From assembly GCA_965207225.1 (NCBI GenBank), contig CBDBLV010000004.1, positions 800,001 through 864,000 on the forward strand: 64,000 nt of DNA, in the 5' to 3' direction. This DNA comes from Dehalococcoidia bacterium. Lineage in GTDB: Bacteria > Chloroflexota > Dehalococcoidia > Plut-88900. Shown one piece after another: positions 18,901 through 27,672 of this stretch. The translations under genes and the position numbers were made by a program. The notes beneath the pieces were generated by a model. The model did not search any database, was not told where the DNA came from, and saw only the letters and a program-made list of their open reading frames with translations. The first letter of the stretch is position 1; the number at the start of each line of letters is the position of its first letter.

Positions 18901-21654
18901 GACGTGAGCGTCACGGTGTCGCAGAGCGACGACTCCGGGATATCCATAGAACATCAGACGGTGACCATCCCGACGGCGGGCTACGCCACGCTGACGGTGG
19001 CCACCACCAACGACGAGGTGGACGAGCCCGACGGATCGGTCACGGTCACCGTCGACGCCAGCGCCAACCTCGACTACCGGGTGTCCTCGTCCCAGGGGAC
19101 GGCCGTCGTGGTCGTGTCCGACGACGACGGCGGCTACACGGTCAACCAGGGAACGATCGCCAGGGTCAAGGAGCTGGCGTCGCAGACCCAGCACGGCGCG
19201 GCCCACGTGAACCGCTGGAACCGGGTGCTGCTGGCCTTCGGCGAGCACGACGGCACCGGCGTCACCGGCGGCCCGATGACGGCGGCCGAGGCCCAGGACA
19301 TGGCCGACAATCACAGCAGCCCCGTCTGGGACCTGGTGGTTGTCGAGCTGACCGCCCTGGAAGCGGCCGCGGCACAGACGCCGCCGCCGCCGCCCACGCC
19401 CGAGGTGAGTATCACCGCTGGCAGCGGGGTGACCGAGGGCGGCGACGCCACCTTCACGGTGACGGCCAGCCCGGCCCCGGCGTCCAACCTGGACGTCAGC
19501 GTCACGGTGTCCCAGAGCGGCGACTACGGCGCCACCACGGGCCAGCGCACGGTGACGATACCCACCTCGGGCAGCGTCACCCTGACTGTCGCTACCACCG
19601 ACGATACTACCGACGAAACCGACGGGTCGGTGACGGCGACGGTGAACGCGGGCAGCGGCTACACGGTGTCCTCGTCCCAGGGCGCGGCCACGGTGGCCGT
19701 GTCCGACAACGACGACGCCTCCACGCCGGTGGTGAGCGTCAGCGCTGGCAGCGGGGTGACCGAGGGCGGCGACGTCACCTTCACGGTGACGGCCAGCCCG
19801 GCCCCGGCTGCGGACCTGGCGGTGAGCGTGACGGTCTCCCAGAGCGGCGACTACGGCGCGACCACGGGCCAGCGCACGGTGACCATCCCGACTTCGGGCA
19901 GCGCCACGGTGACCATAACCACCACGGACGACGACGTGGACGAGACCGACGGCTCGGTGACGGCCACGGTGAACGCGGGCAGCGGCTACACGGTGTCCTC
20001 GTCCCAGGGCGCGGCCACGGTCGGCGTCGCAGACAACGACGACCCGGTCGTCGAGGAGCAGACGGGCTACACGGTTGACCCGGACGTGATCGCGAAGGTC
20101 AGGGAGCTGGCGTCGCAGACGCAGCACGGCGCGGCCCACGTGAACCGCTGGAACCGGGTGCTGCTGGCCTTCGGCGAGCACGACGGCGCCGGCGTCACGG
20201 GCGGTCCGATGACGGCGGCCGAGGCCCAGGACATGGCGGACAAACACAGCAGCCCGGTGTGGGACGAGGTGGTGACCGAGCTGACCGCCCTGGAAGCGGC
20301 GGCAGCGCAGACGCCACCGCCGCCCACGCCTGAGGTGAGCGTCACCGCGGGCAGCGGGGTGACCGAGGGCGGCGACGCCACCTTCACGGTGACGGCCAGC
20401 CCGGCCCCGGCGGCCAACCTGGCGGTGAGCGTGACGGTGTCCCAGAGCGGCGACTACGGCGCGGCCACTGGCCAGCGGACGGTGACCATACCCACGTCGG
20501 GCAGCGTCACCCTCACCGTCGGCACCACGGACGACAGCGCGGACGAGACCGACGGGTCGGTGACGGCGACGGTGAACGCGGGCAGCGGCTACACGGTGTC
20601 CTCATCCCAGGGCGCGGCCACGGTCGGCGTTGCCGACAACGACGACGCACCCACGCCGGTGGTGAGCGTCAGCGCAGGCAGCGGGGTGACCGAGGGGGGG
20701 GGCGCCACCTTCACGGTGACCGCCAGCCCGGCCCCGGCGGCGGACCTGGCGGTGAGCGTGACGGTGTCCCAGAGCGGCGACTACGGCGCGGCCACTGGCC
20801 AGCGCACGGTGACGATACCCACCACGGGCAGCGTCACCCTCACCGTGGGCACCACGGACGACAGCGCGGACGAGACCGACGGGTCGGTGACGGCGACGGT
20901 GAACGCGGGCAGCGGCTACACGGTGTCCTCATCCCAGGGCGCGGCCACGGTCGGCGTTGCCGACAACGACGACGCCCCCACGCCGGTGGTGAGCGTCAGC
21001 GCAGGCAGCGGGGTGACCGAGGGCGGGGACGCCACCTTCACGGTGACCGCCAGCCCGGCCCCGGCGGCGGACCTGGCGGTGAGCGTGACGGTGTCCCAGA
21101 GCGGCGACTACGGCGCCACCACGGGCCAGCGCACGGTGACCGTCCCCACCACGGGCAGCGTCACCCTCACCGTGGGCACCACCGACGACGACGCCGACGA
21201 GACCGACGGCTCGGTCACGGCGACGGTGAACGCGGGCAGCGGCTACACGGTGTCCTCGTCCCAGGGCGCGGCCACGGTGGCGGTGTCCGACAACGACGAT
21301 GCCGCGCCGGAGGTGGAGATTACCGTCACCGTCGAGGCCGCGTCGGCGGTTGAGGGCGACGTGCTGGAGTTCCGGGTGGTGCTGTCGGCGGCGTCCACCG
21401 AGGAGATCAGGATCAGATGGAACACCGCGCCTGCGTACCACCTGCTGGACGACCGGGCGCACCGGTCCGACTATCAGTACGCCGAGGGTGAGCTGGTGTT
21501 CGCGCCGGGGGTGACGGAGCTGACGGGGGAGGTGTGGCTGGAGTACGACGACGATGAGGAGCCGGACGAGTACTTCGTGGTGGAGGCGTACCTGCCCGGG
21601 ACCCTCTACCCGCCCGACGCCGTGGGAACCATGACGATCATAGACGACGACTAG
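12979..21654 (+). CDS. Giant secreted/surface protein (2891 aa): choice-of-anchor-R-like beta repeats, lectin-like domain, FN3 and many Calx-beta-like repeats
   Basis: AGGAGG RBS; signal peptide ..AEQANAQ; repeats (VSNTGQADG..AQAFTTG.N..GY.L.SV); VTEGGDATFTV..V.DND repeats; FN3-like IDLSW..YEVRY..LEPDTEY. Confidence 0.92.
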   Translation: MTNALRSFTPPPPRISWGFSLMRRPGIALLALALLAVVFAATPAEQANAQTAQTFVSNTGQADGAATSLSNDYAHAFTTGSNPGGYSLTSVAVEFASIHSGFSSSSLTASIHTDSSGSPGSSLGTLTKPASFPVSSSDQTLAFTSAGIDLAASTTYFLVIDISSGEPFSNLRLTTSDAEDSGALAGWSISDGTLFRAFSSTAAWTTSTSSPKLSLGGVSKPFLVSNFGQADGGTGNFVQHDHAQAFTTGANAGGYTLTGVDFSFPQINDGGLAGKLAAEIRSDSSGAPGAVVATLTKPGTIAAGTNSFTHSGVALAANTTYWAVLDVTLVLLPGANTIQNTGSDAEDAGGADGWTIADDGHYRTWNTSGAWTSFSQSRKMTIHGTAVETVETETFVANTGQADGGTSFLGNDFHQAFTTGSNGFGYSLHSVDVEFSTIDSAFSSSALTASIHAASGGSPGSSLGTLTNPASFPASTSDQTLTFTSSAGIDLEGSATYFLVIDMDAGQGSSRVRLTGSDAEDGGGLAGWSIADGAGTRTASSTGAWTPNVSSLKISLDGVSKPEPPRVSILGDGAVTEGVSASFTLRAVPAPTADLPVSVTVTTTGDFGYGTLPTSVTIPATGSATLEIPTTGDDVDEAHGSVTVTLVDGSDYDLATSLGTATVRVRDDDPPLVKNIGQSSGLVQGMHVDLAQGFDTGGNPSGYTLTSVDVAFNRSTEDFGSKLTVTVHKGANGAPGTVVGTLANPAFVNRQAGTYSFTHPGVALEADTRYWVVLDATGLTEGNSQVKFTQSNSEDAGAAPGWSINNDARIRAQGGGNWITLVGGSTLSMGVNGRLLPHADGSYTVPLDWPLKPLGLGAGETFRLLFITDDWRDASATDIADYDAHVRDAALGGHADIRRYGDQFRVVGSTAAVDARDHTRTNPNEAGHPDVPIYWLNGELVAANNAGFWSDTWENWAQADRRFESGRRDTDADWPWTGTRTDGAKEANPLGASNARRGRFSTTDADTGPISYNTVASTQDHAFYGISPLFRVEPTPVNAPPGEPAVMSNLGQADGAALTVTTAGTVRDRAQSFTTGRNGGHYRLNSVDVEFAEIGDSDAARDLRVQIWAGSGGSPGSTAADVLADLARPSMPVGSADRTFTFTYQGDDGSGLRLEPNTTYWVYVYDASAQPNSRYTLRATASNSERLQGLRLPEGWSIGDGHSSWSLYPNPAVSWSTHSEALKIGLNLGAADAFVQFRTCAGTVSGNDCDTGWVIANYNRHDPPPTITLTEGGPAVTYQWQAVDPHERRHFYVASQVAEPLSHFGGYIGPGKPDRDRLMCHTGSRSPYNLGDPIVEGLGRDGIHFGYGSTAGPLLDRHDGCPFSSQSVYESDANKWRPVSLAAGQDSDAFDHGTFLIHRPHAVGHNFYENGVLYQVEGFDYPEVRVPLIIRDDDQWEQTLEFSIDDGTTWTSIEDGGLNLAFPASLNTGRKAHYFWVRTKNDPPADQDKRFSISADFAKPLLRSGTSEYFRSHRVWFTSPAASHLHTFRTDSAVSAGSVTVSRTPVQVDIHVGANVVGNVTFQVEGYKLYERSDNQVSTETPPKTVRTDSFSFHRTLGSCVGCQRLLGDLPDPVVERVGDLSYANLSDTGIDLSWPQVVGAEGYEVRYWSTTSPFPGVPADEAWFGAEPNDPAWNIRHLEPDTEYRAVVYYADHGATQLSTASPVIRFTTLAAGSPVEAEPTSVIVERVPEVSISAAGGTITEGEDAVYTVTVNPAPDAPLDVRVGVAGPGSVVAAQHLGERTVNVPTGGSVSFTIPTVDDTGWGSNGMLGATVQFGEGYRLNRFRSYASVYVANNDLPPPPPVQLKRVSDTTATVAWKPQGDGASYLVVWHESFTGVPVLTEVTTTATEHQLTGLNPQSHYVVSVLHGTTQLDKITVRTLAAGATPKTFTVDFETPAPNTSVPVISVTADGNVTEGGDATFTVSANPAPAADLDVSVTVSQSDDSGISIEHQTVTIPTAGYATLTVATTNDEVDEPDGSVTVTVDASANLDYRVSSSQGTAVVVVSDDDGGYTVNQGTIARVKELASQTQHGAAHVNRWNRVLLAFGEHDGTGVTGGPMTAAEAQDMADNHSSPVWDLVVVELTALEAAAAQTPPPPPTPEVSITAGSGVTEGGDATFTVTASPAPASNLDVSVTVSQSGDYGATTGQRTVTIPTSGSVTLTVATTDDTTDETDGSVTATVNAGSGYTVSSSQGAATVAVSDNDDASTPVVSVSAGSGVTEGGDVTFTVTASPAPAADLAVSVTVSQSGDYGATTGQRTVTIPTSGSATVTITTTDDDVDETDGSVTATVNAGSGYTVSSSQGAATVGVADNDDPVVEEQTGYTVDPDVIAKVRELASQTQHGAAHVNRWNRVLLAFGEHDGAGVTGGPMTAAEAQDMADKHSSPVWDEVVTELTALEAAAAQTPPPPTPEVSVTAGSGVTEGGDATFTVTASPAPAANLAVSVTVSQSGDYGAATGQRTVTIPTSGSVTLTVGTTDDSADETDGSVTATVNAGSGYTVSSSQGAATVGVADNDDAPTPVVSVSAGSGVTEGGGATFTVTASPAPAADLAVSVTVSQSGDYGAATGQRTVTIPTTGSVTLTVGTTDDSADETDGSVTATVNAGSGYTVSSSQGAATVGVADNDDAPTPVVSVSAGSGVTEGGDATFTVTASPAPAADLAVSVTVSQSGDYGATTGQRTVTVPTTGSVTLTVGTTDDDADETDGSVTATVNAGSGYTVSSSQGAATVAVSDNDDAAPEVEITVTVEAASAVEGDVLEFRVVLSAASTEEIRIRWNTAPAYHLLDDRAHRSDYQYAEGELVFAPGVTELTGEVWLEYDDDEEPDEYFVVEAYLPGTLYPPDAVGTMTIIDDD
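13004..13018 (+). repeat. C15 homopolymer inside the 5' coding region (candidate phase-variation tract)
   Basis: 15 consecutive C at codons 9-14 (TPPPPR). Confidence 0.8.
18810..21300 (+). repeat. Intragenic tandem ~300-bp Calx-beta-like repeats with two helical-domain insertions
   Basis: Near-identical GGCAGCGGGGTGACCGAGGGCGGCGAC...TCCCAGGGCGCGGCCACG units. Helical repeats at ~19130-19380 and ~20065-20310. Confidence 0.9.
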
Positions 21655-21682
21655 TCCGGCCCAGCCGGACCGGCAAGAGGAT

Positions 21683-21721
21683 GCAAGGGGGGCCTGCGGC
21701 AATGTCGCAGGCCCCCCTTGC
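21683..21721 (+). terminator. GC-rich hairpin after the giant protein gene
   Basis: GCAAGGGGGGCCTGCG-N7-CGCAGGCCCCCCTTGC, 16-bp stem; no U-tract. Confidence 0.7.
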
Positions 21722-22125
21722 GCTGGCCGTGGGGCGGCTAGGTAATATACTAACGTGGGTGTCAGGATCGCCGGAGTGAAGTTGGATCACCCATCCACAA
21801 TTCGAAAATGGTTCTGCCTATCGTCAACTCAGGCCCACCAGACTTGATAAAATCAAGAACCTTCGAGTTGCGGATAGTCTTAGAACTATAGCGGGTAGGC
21901 GTTTACCTTGCGCCGCTAGCCGCGTCGGTGGGTTGCCTGACGGGAGCGGCGCATTCATCGGCGACCTTAGGAATCCTGTCCAGCCAGGGACCAGTTCATT
22001 CGGCGAGGCCACGAATGCTCAACCGTGGCGGCAAACCCGAAAAAACGTCCGTCGATAACGCGCGGTGGCCAGACGCAATGTGGTATGGCTCATAAACGTC
22101 CGATTCCAGAAACTGGAGCATCGCC

Positions 22126-22851
22126 ATGGTCGGTTCTCGACGTCTTCCGGGATTCCAAATCGAGAGGGTCTGGGCCAAGAATTTTCGCAGCATCGCTGAT
22201 GCAACCCTGGACCTAGGTCCAATGACCATGCTCGTCGGACCCAATGCATCGGGCAAAAGCAACGTGCTCGACGTTCTCAGGTTCTTGAAAGACTCGCTGA
22301 GGTTCTATCTGGAAGCGGCGGTTTCGCTGCGCCGCGGGTTCGACGCGATCCTGCGCCGAACCGAAGGGCCGCGTCCCGAATCAATGGAAATCGGGATTAC
22401 CGCTACCATAGGCGGTACTCCGCGCCAGCCAGACCGGTTTCGAATTGAATACAGCTATGCGCTGGGCGCCGAACCCGACGGTGGTTACGTCGTGGCATGG
22501 GAACTCGCGACCGTGGACTCGGACCCTGCTGGTCAACGAGAACCTCTGGCGCTCAGGGTGGAAAACGGACGCATCTCTTCCCCAAGCCAATGGGCAGAAC
22601 ACATCGTGCCGGATGCACGTTCCCGACCGGACGACTCCGAGAGGGCTGGGTTTGACGCCACGGATTTATATATGCGACGCTTAGTGAGGGCGTGGGCAAT
22701 TGGCAGAGCCCCTGGCGCCAGGGAAGTTGAGGAACCGGCCGCGTTCATGGCACAGGCCCTGGAGGTCATGCTAAACCGTATCGCCCTGACTAGGTACTAT
22801 CACATCTTCCCGAATACGCTCCGGGAGCCTCAAAGCCAGGTTCGAGCATAA
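22126..22851 (+). pseudogene. AAA_21/RecF-like ATPase, C-terminally truncated
   Basis: KNFRSI and Walker A GPNASGKSN; ends before the signature motif and Walker B. Confidence 0.75.
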
Positions 22852-23060
22852 GGTGAGTGACCACCTTCCCCTGTGGATCCGACTGCCGCTTCCGGTAGAC
22901 TGAGTTCCCGCGCTACTCATCCACTAAGGCGGCTGCACCAAGCGGGTCAGAACGTATCGAGTGAACGGAGGCACCAAAACTGTTTGGCTGGATTACAGGC
23001 GGCGATAATCGCAAGGAGCCGGAAGACGCGAACGCGCAGCGACGCAAAATCGTCAGGTCG

Positions 23061-23333
23061 ATGTTCTACTGGTTACTGATCGGAGTAATCGCATCTTCAA
23101 TCGGGCTGGTTCTCACAGGCGGTATGTTCATGGGCATCTTGTTCGGGAGCAGTGATGGCTCGGCAAAGGCATCAACCAACCAGTTCGTTCAGGGGGTTGT
23201 CTTGACCTCAATAACCGGAACGATAGCTGCCCTGCTTACCTACATGGGCATGATAGTCAAGGGAATTGTGGACAACTTGACATCAGGCAATAGCGAAGAT
23301 AACAGAGAACAGGACAACAACAATGAGAACTAG
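23061..23333 (+). CDS. Small two-TM hypothetical membrane protein
   Basis: Two hydrophobic stretches; the start may lie further upstream. Confidence 0.5.
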   Translation: MFYWLLIGVIASSIGLVLTGGMFMGILFGSSDGSAKASTNQFVQGVVLTSITGTIAALLTYMGMIVKGIVDNLTSGNSEDNREQDNNNEN

Positions 23334-23986
23334 CCCACCGGCGAAGACTCCACCAGCGCGGCCAACCGTCGCCTCTCCGCCTCCGCTTGGTCTCTGACCC
23401 TACGCTCTTCGTCATGCCTGAGCGCGTTGGCGATGGCGACCGACGCCTGGGAAGCGAACATGACCAGTATCTCTTCGTCTTCTACCGAGAACCCCGTACT
23501 CCCTTCATTCTTGGCAAGGCAGATGCTGCCCAAAGACCGGCCGCGATGGTTGATAGGGGCGCCGAGAAAGGACTTCATCGGCGGGTGGTTCTCAGAGAAG
23601 CCGACCGAGAAGGGATGCATGGCAATATCCGCGATTCTCAGCGGCTCTTGAATCTCGTTCAGATAGCCGAGCAGCCCCGGCGCTCGCCGTTCAGAGGTAA
23701 AGTCCGAAGTGGCGAACTCTCCGATCCGCCCTGAATCGTCGAAGACGCCGACCGCTCCATATCGAGCGCCGGTCAGATCGCGCGCGCCGTCAACGATTTC
23801 CTAAAGCGTGGCGTCAAGTTCCCATATCTCGGCTACACGACCGCTGATCTCGCTCATCTTGGCGAAGCGATCCCGCAGGGCGCTGATCTCTCCGCCTATG
23901 GGCGTCTTCCATCTCCGAACCTCCTCCAGCGTCGCGTCTCCATCCTACAGACCATCTAATCCAGCGACGGGATTGAAACGCATCAT
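23330..23986 (-). pseudogene. 5' fragment (GAF region) of a paralogue of the hybrid kinase at 27673-29979
   Basis: EDEEILVMFASQASVAIANA..AEAERRRLAALVESSPVG. In-frame TAG near 23803 where the paralogue has CAG; truncated. Confidence 0.85.
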
Positions 23987-24025
23987 ATCACAGCCTCTGT
24001 CGCCAGGGTCGGCCATCCCGGAATC

Positions 24026-24074
24026 TTTGATGGTTTTTTGATGGAAACGGGGTTGTTTTTGATGTCCATTTGAT
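24026..24074. promoter_or_regulatory. Four TTTGAT direct repeats (spacing 11/21/11), putative OmpR/PhoB-type binding boxes
   Basis: TTTGAT at 24026, 24037, 24058 and 24069; same geometry at 30032-30080. Confidence 0.75.
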
Positions 24075-24198
24075 ATCCGACCACTATCATCGACAGTATC
24101 ATACGTCAGAGGAGGCGCTACATGGTCCTTCATACGGGTATTCGTCGCTAGGTTCTGCACAACGTACATGGTAAGGCGCATAAGTGCATTAAGGAGAT

Positions 24199-24747
24199 TT
24201 GGAAATGAGACCGATAACGCGAATCATGCTGATGCTGGCGACCCTAGCGGTAGTGGTCGCCCTCGCCACCACGCAATTTCTGAATGAGCGAGTTGAGGCA
24301 GGTCACAATTGCAGTTGGCCCTATTCCGGAAACAGCGTTCCTGTGAAATACCGATGGGGTTCCATCAATACCGCATGGAAGGCGGCGTTTACCACAAGTA
24401 TCAGCGACTGGAATGGGCTCGGGACCGACGTCACATTGAGCTATGATGCCTACGGTAAGCTGTGGATGGGCCAATACAATCAAAACGACGGCCAGTATGG
24501 TCTGAATCAGAACTGGTGCAGTGGAAACGACATAGTCAATTCTAACAACTGGGGCAATCTGCATTACGAACCTCACACGTTGAACGAACGGAGAAGCATA
24601 ACAGGCCACGAGCTCGGACACGGCCTTGGTCTGCATCACACAGGATCCGGGCAATTGATGTACACATACTGCTGCCCGTCAAGCAGTCTCTACAAGCCGA
24701 ACAATGACGATAAGAACGACCTGAACGCCTTGTACAACGGACCTTAA
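24199..24747 (+). CDS. Secreted matrixin/M10-like zinc metalloprotease (metzincin)
   Basis: Signal peptide; HELGHGLGLHH zinc motif and Met-turn (QLMY). Confidence 0.88.
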   Translation: MEMRPITRIMLMLATLAVVVALATTQFLNERVEAGHNCSWPYSGNSVPVKYRWGSINTAWKAAFTTSISDWNGLGTDVTLSYDAYGKLWMGQYNQNDGQYGLNQNWCSGNDIVNSNNWGNLHYEPHTLNERRSITGHELGHGLGLHHTGSGQLMYTYCCPSSSLYKPNNDDKNDLNALYNGP

Positions 24748-24813
24748 AGGGTAATCACTGCATATGAAGCTTTGGATGGTGGCAATTCCATTTCACAAAG
24801 GAGTACAGGAACA

Positions 24814-25413
24814 ATGAGACAGATACTTAGATCGATCGCCGTCGCGATTGCTGTAGGATTGATTTCTCTTGCAATAGCATGTGGCGATACGACGACCACA
24901 GTAAGCAGTGCGTACGTGACAGCTAGTTCGGTTGAAGAACTTGTAGGTCGGTCGTCCTTGGTAGTCATTGGCACGGTCGCGTCCACCGGACCCGAGCGCC
25001 GTGAGATACCTGGTAGGTTGCCCAGTGATCCTACGCAAATCGATCCCAACTACACTGGCGTAGGACAAATCTACGAAATTGAGGTCGAAAGGTATCTGAA
25101 GGGTACGGGGGGCACAACAATACGAGTGGTGCAATTCGAAGGCAGCATCGTATCGCTCGGAGGTCAAGTCAGAGAGATTCAGTCGGAGAGCGCCGGCCAT
25201 CCCTTGACAAGTGCCACACGTTATCTTCTCTTCCTAATCCCTCAGGGCCAAGTTGATGATCTATGGCTCGGGACCGCGCAACCATTCCGATTTGCTCTAT
25301 CGAGTGGTCTCGCTAAGGCTGAGAGTCCGGAAGGAGGAATACCGGATCTATTCCCTAACCGCTCAGAGTCAACCTTGATTAGTGAGGTTGAAACGATCCT
25401 CACGCGAGGTTAA
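24814..25413 (+). CDS. Lipoprotein, partner of the protease
   Basis: Lipobox LAIAC; SVEELVGRSSLVVIGTV..EVERYLKG..YLLFL; homologous to 31917-32555. Confidence 0.8.
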   Translation: MRQILRSIAVAIAVGLISLAIACGDTTTTVSSAYVTASSVEELVGRSSLVVIGTVASTGPERREIPGRLPSDPTQIDPNYTGVGQIYEIEVERYLKGTGGTTIRVVQFEGSIVSLGGQVREIQSESAGHPLTSATRYLLFLIPQGQVDDLWLGTAQPFRFALSSGLAKAESPEGGIPDLFPNRSESTLISEVETILTRG

Positions 25414-25503
25414 TACAAAGAATAGCGGAAGTGGTTGCATTACCCCGGATGTGCTCATCTTGCTCCACTTCCACTATTCTACCAATATGGATGGAGGCAT
25501 ATT

Positions 25504-26211
25504 ATGCGTAGGCTAATCATATCATTCATATTGGGCATTCTCACCCTTTGCTGTAACGTGTCAAATCCAGTTCCGCCATCATCTATCGCCATAGAGAAAC
25601 AAGAACAAGACGGTTTCACTCCAAGCGCCTCGACACAGACAACTCCTGAGACATTCTCCACGCCCGCTACGCCTACGGTAGTTCCCCTTCATGAACAGAA
25701 ACAGCCTCCCGCTCCATCCCTAACGGCGACATCGAGCCTGCCAATCAGTCGCTCGGAGTCGCAGCCGGTCGCCCCAGTGCCGACGACTACACCGAGCCTG
25801 CCAATTCCCCCAGTTCCTCAGACCTATATCGAGTACCGTGGAGGTCTCTATCCGGGACGGCTAAGCAGCTACTGCTGGCCGATGAGTGCGAATAGCTCTG
25901 TCTGTACAGGCGGTGTAGCGTGGCAAGAGTTGGACAAGGCTCCCGCGGTCCGTATGAATCAAGGGGACGACTTCAAGATTGTCATTACAGGCGCCGATCA
26001 CAGTCCGGATCCAGAACTAACGCGATTTGCAGTGTTCACCGTAGTGGAAACAGAACCATTGCTGCGACTGGGAGAGCAAATCTATTCGATTGACGTGGAT
26101 GGGAACGTACATGTACCTGACCTTCCCGAGGGAATTTACTTCGCAGCCATTTCCCTGAAGTATCACGTCGGTGACGTTTCCCACGGTTTCAAGGTAGAGA
26201 TAGTTCATTAA
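25504..26211 (+). CDS. Putative lipoprotein with Pro/Thr-rich linker
   Basis: Signal peptide ending LTLCC, PT linker and a C-terminal beta domain (SSYCW). Confidence 0.7.
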   Translation: MRRLIISFILGILTLCCNVSNPVPPSSIAIEKQEQDGFTPSASTQTTPETFSTPATPTVVPLHEQKQPPAPSLTATSSLPISRSESQPVAPVPTTTPSLPIPPVPQTYIEYRGGLYPGRLSSYCWPMSANSSVCTGGVAWQELDKAPAVRMNQGDDFKIVITGADHSPDPELTRFAVFTVVETEPLLRLGEQIYSIDVDGNVHVPDLPEGIYFAAISLKYHVGDVSHGFKVEIVH

Positions 26212-27552
26212 CAGATCGCTGAAAAAGACGCGTTGAAGTCGCGTTCTCCAAGTTGGTGAGATACAATGCCCCACCAGTCCAACCGCACAGGAGAACGTGT
26301 CATGAGACGCCGGCGCAACCCCCAGTCCACCATGCTCGCCTTCGTCAACCTTGACGAGCGAGTCCCACCTGACCATTGCCTCAGGATCATCAAGTGAGTC
26401 TCTGGCGATGCGCTCGATCGCGTGTCAGACGACTTCGACGCGATGTACTCGAGGGTCGGTCGGGCCTCGGTTCCGCCCGGGCGTCTGCTGAAGTCTCTGC
26501 CGCTGATCTCTCTGTACTCGATACGCAGCGAGAGAGCGTTCTGTCAGGAGCTCGACTACAATCTGCTCTACGCTGGTTCTGGGAATGGACCCTATGGAGC
26601 CGAGCTTCGACGCGACGGCGTTTACCAAGAACAGGAGAAGGCTGCTACGCCACAAGTTGCGAAGGAATCTGTTCGAGGAGGTGGCGTATGAGGCGGACAG
26701 GCGCGGGCTGATGTCCGATGAGCATTTCAGCGTGGACGGAACGCTCATCGAGGCGGCGGCATCCATAAAAGCTTCAGAAGACGCAACGACGACGATGATA
26801 CAGGCGACTCTGGCTATGGGGAGGGCGCGAGTGGAGACTTTCGAGGGGAGAATCTGAGCAACTCCACCCAGCGTAGCGCGACCGACCCTGATGCGAGACT
26901 GATGAGGAAGGGCAAAGGCAAGGAGTCGAAGCTGGTTTTCATGGCTCACGCGCTGATGGACAACAGGCATGGACTGGCGAGCGATTTTCGGCTGACCGAG
27001 GCGAACGGAACAGCCGGGAGGAATTCCGCGCTGGACATGCTGATGCGGATACTGGCAGTCGGCGACTGAGCGTGGGAGCCGATAGGGGATACGACACGAG
27101 GGACTTCGTAGCCGAGTGCAGAGAGCTGAAAATCACCCCGCGCGTGGCTCAGAAGAAGAGGTGGTCGGCGATAGACGGACGAACCACGCGCCATAAGGCA
27201 TACAGGTCGAGTCAGAAGATCCGAAAGAGTGTGGAGTCGATCTTCGGGTGGATGAAGACCGTTGGAGGGTTCCGTCGGAGCCGGTATCGTGGAGTCGAGA
27301 GAACCGGACTATGTGGAGAGCTGGTGGCGACGGCGTACAACCTGGTGAGGATGTCGAGGTTGATAGCTGATCGGGAGGCTGAAGCGCCCATCTTCGGCTA
27401 GCGCTCCGCTGCCGACGTGCGCCACTCAGACCCTGGTTGGGCTCTGAGGGCGGCAAATCAGACCGTCTCAGACCGAAAATCGCCGGAATGGGCCCTTCTG
27501 TGCGACCGATGCGCTCGCTACGCCGTCTTGATCCCCCTTCTTCCGCAATCTG
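26212..27552 (+). mobile_element. Degenerate IS5/IS1182-like element (transposase pseudogene ~26302-27401)
   Basis: Imperfect IR CAGATCGCTGAAAAA / TTCTTCCGCAATCTG. Motifs DERVPPDH, LYSIRSER, FSVDGTLIEA, ADRGYD and VESIFGWMK are split by a stop and frameshifts. Confidence 0.85.
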
Positions 27553-27672
27553 ATAGAGAAGTGGGGAAGAGAGGCTAGACTTCTTCGCCAAAGAGGGAGG
27601 AGCTTCGCGCCAGTGGGCGCCGGAATAGTAGGGGAGGGCAACGAACAACGACTTAAGCTGGTGGCCTAAAGT

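Noticed and set aside
15649-20247. 1532-aa ORF on the minus strand
   Set aside because: Antisense shadow of the GC3-rich giant protein; Arg/Gly/His-rich with no domain features.
18810-21300. Regular repeats that might suggest a CRISPR array
   Set aside because: The ~300-bp units are in-frame protein repeats with no unique spacers, and no cas genes are present.
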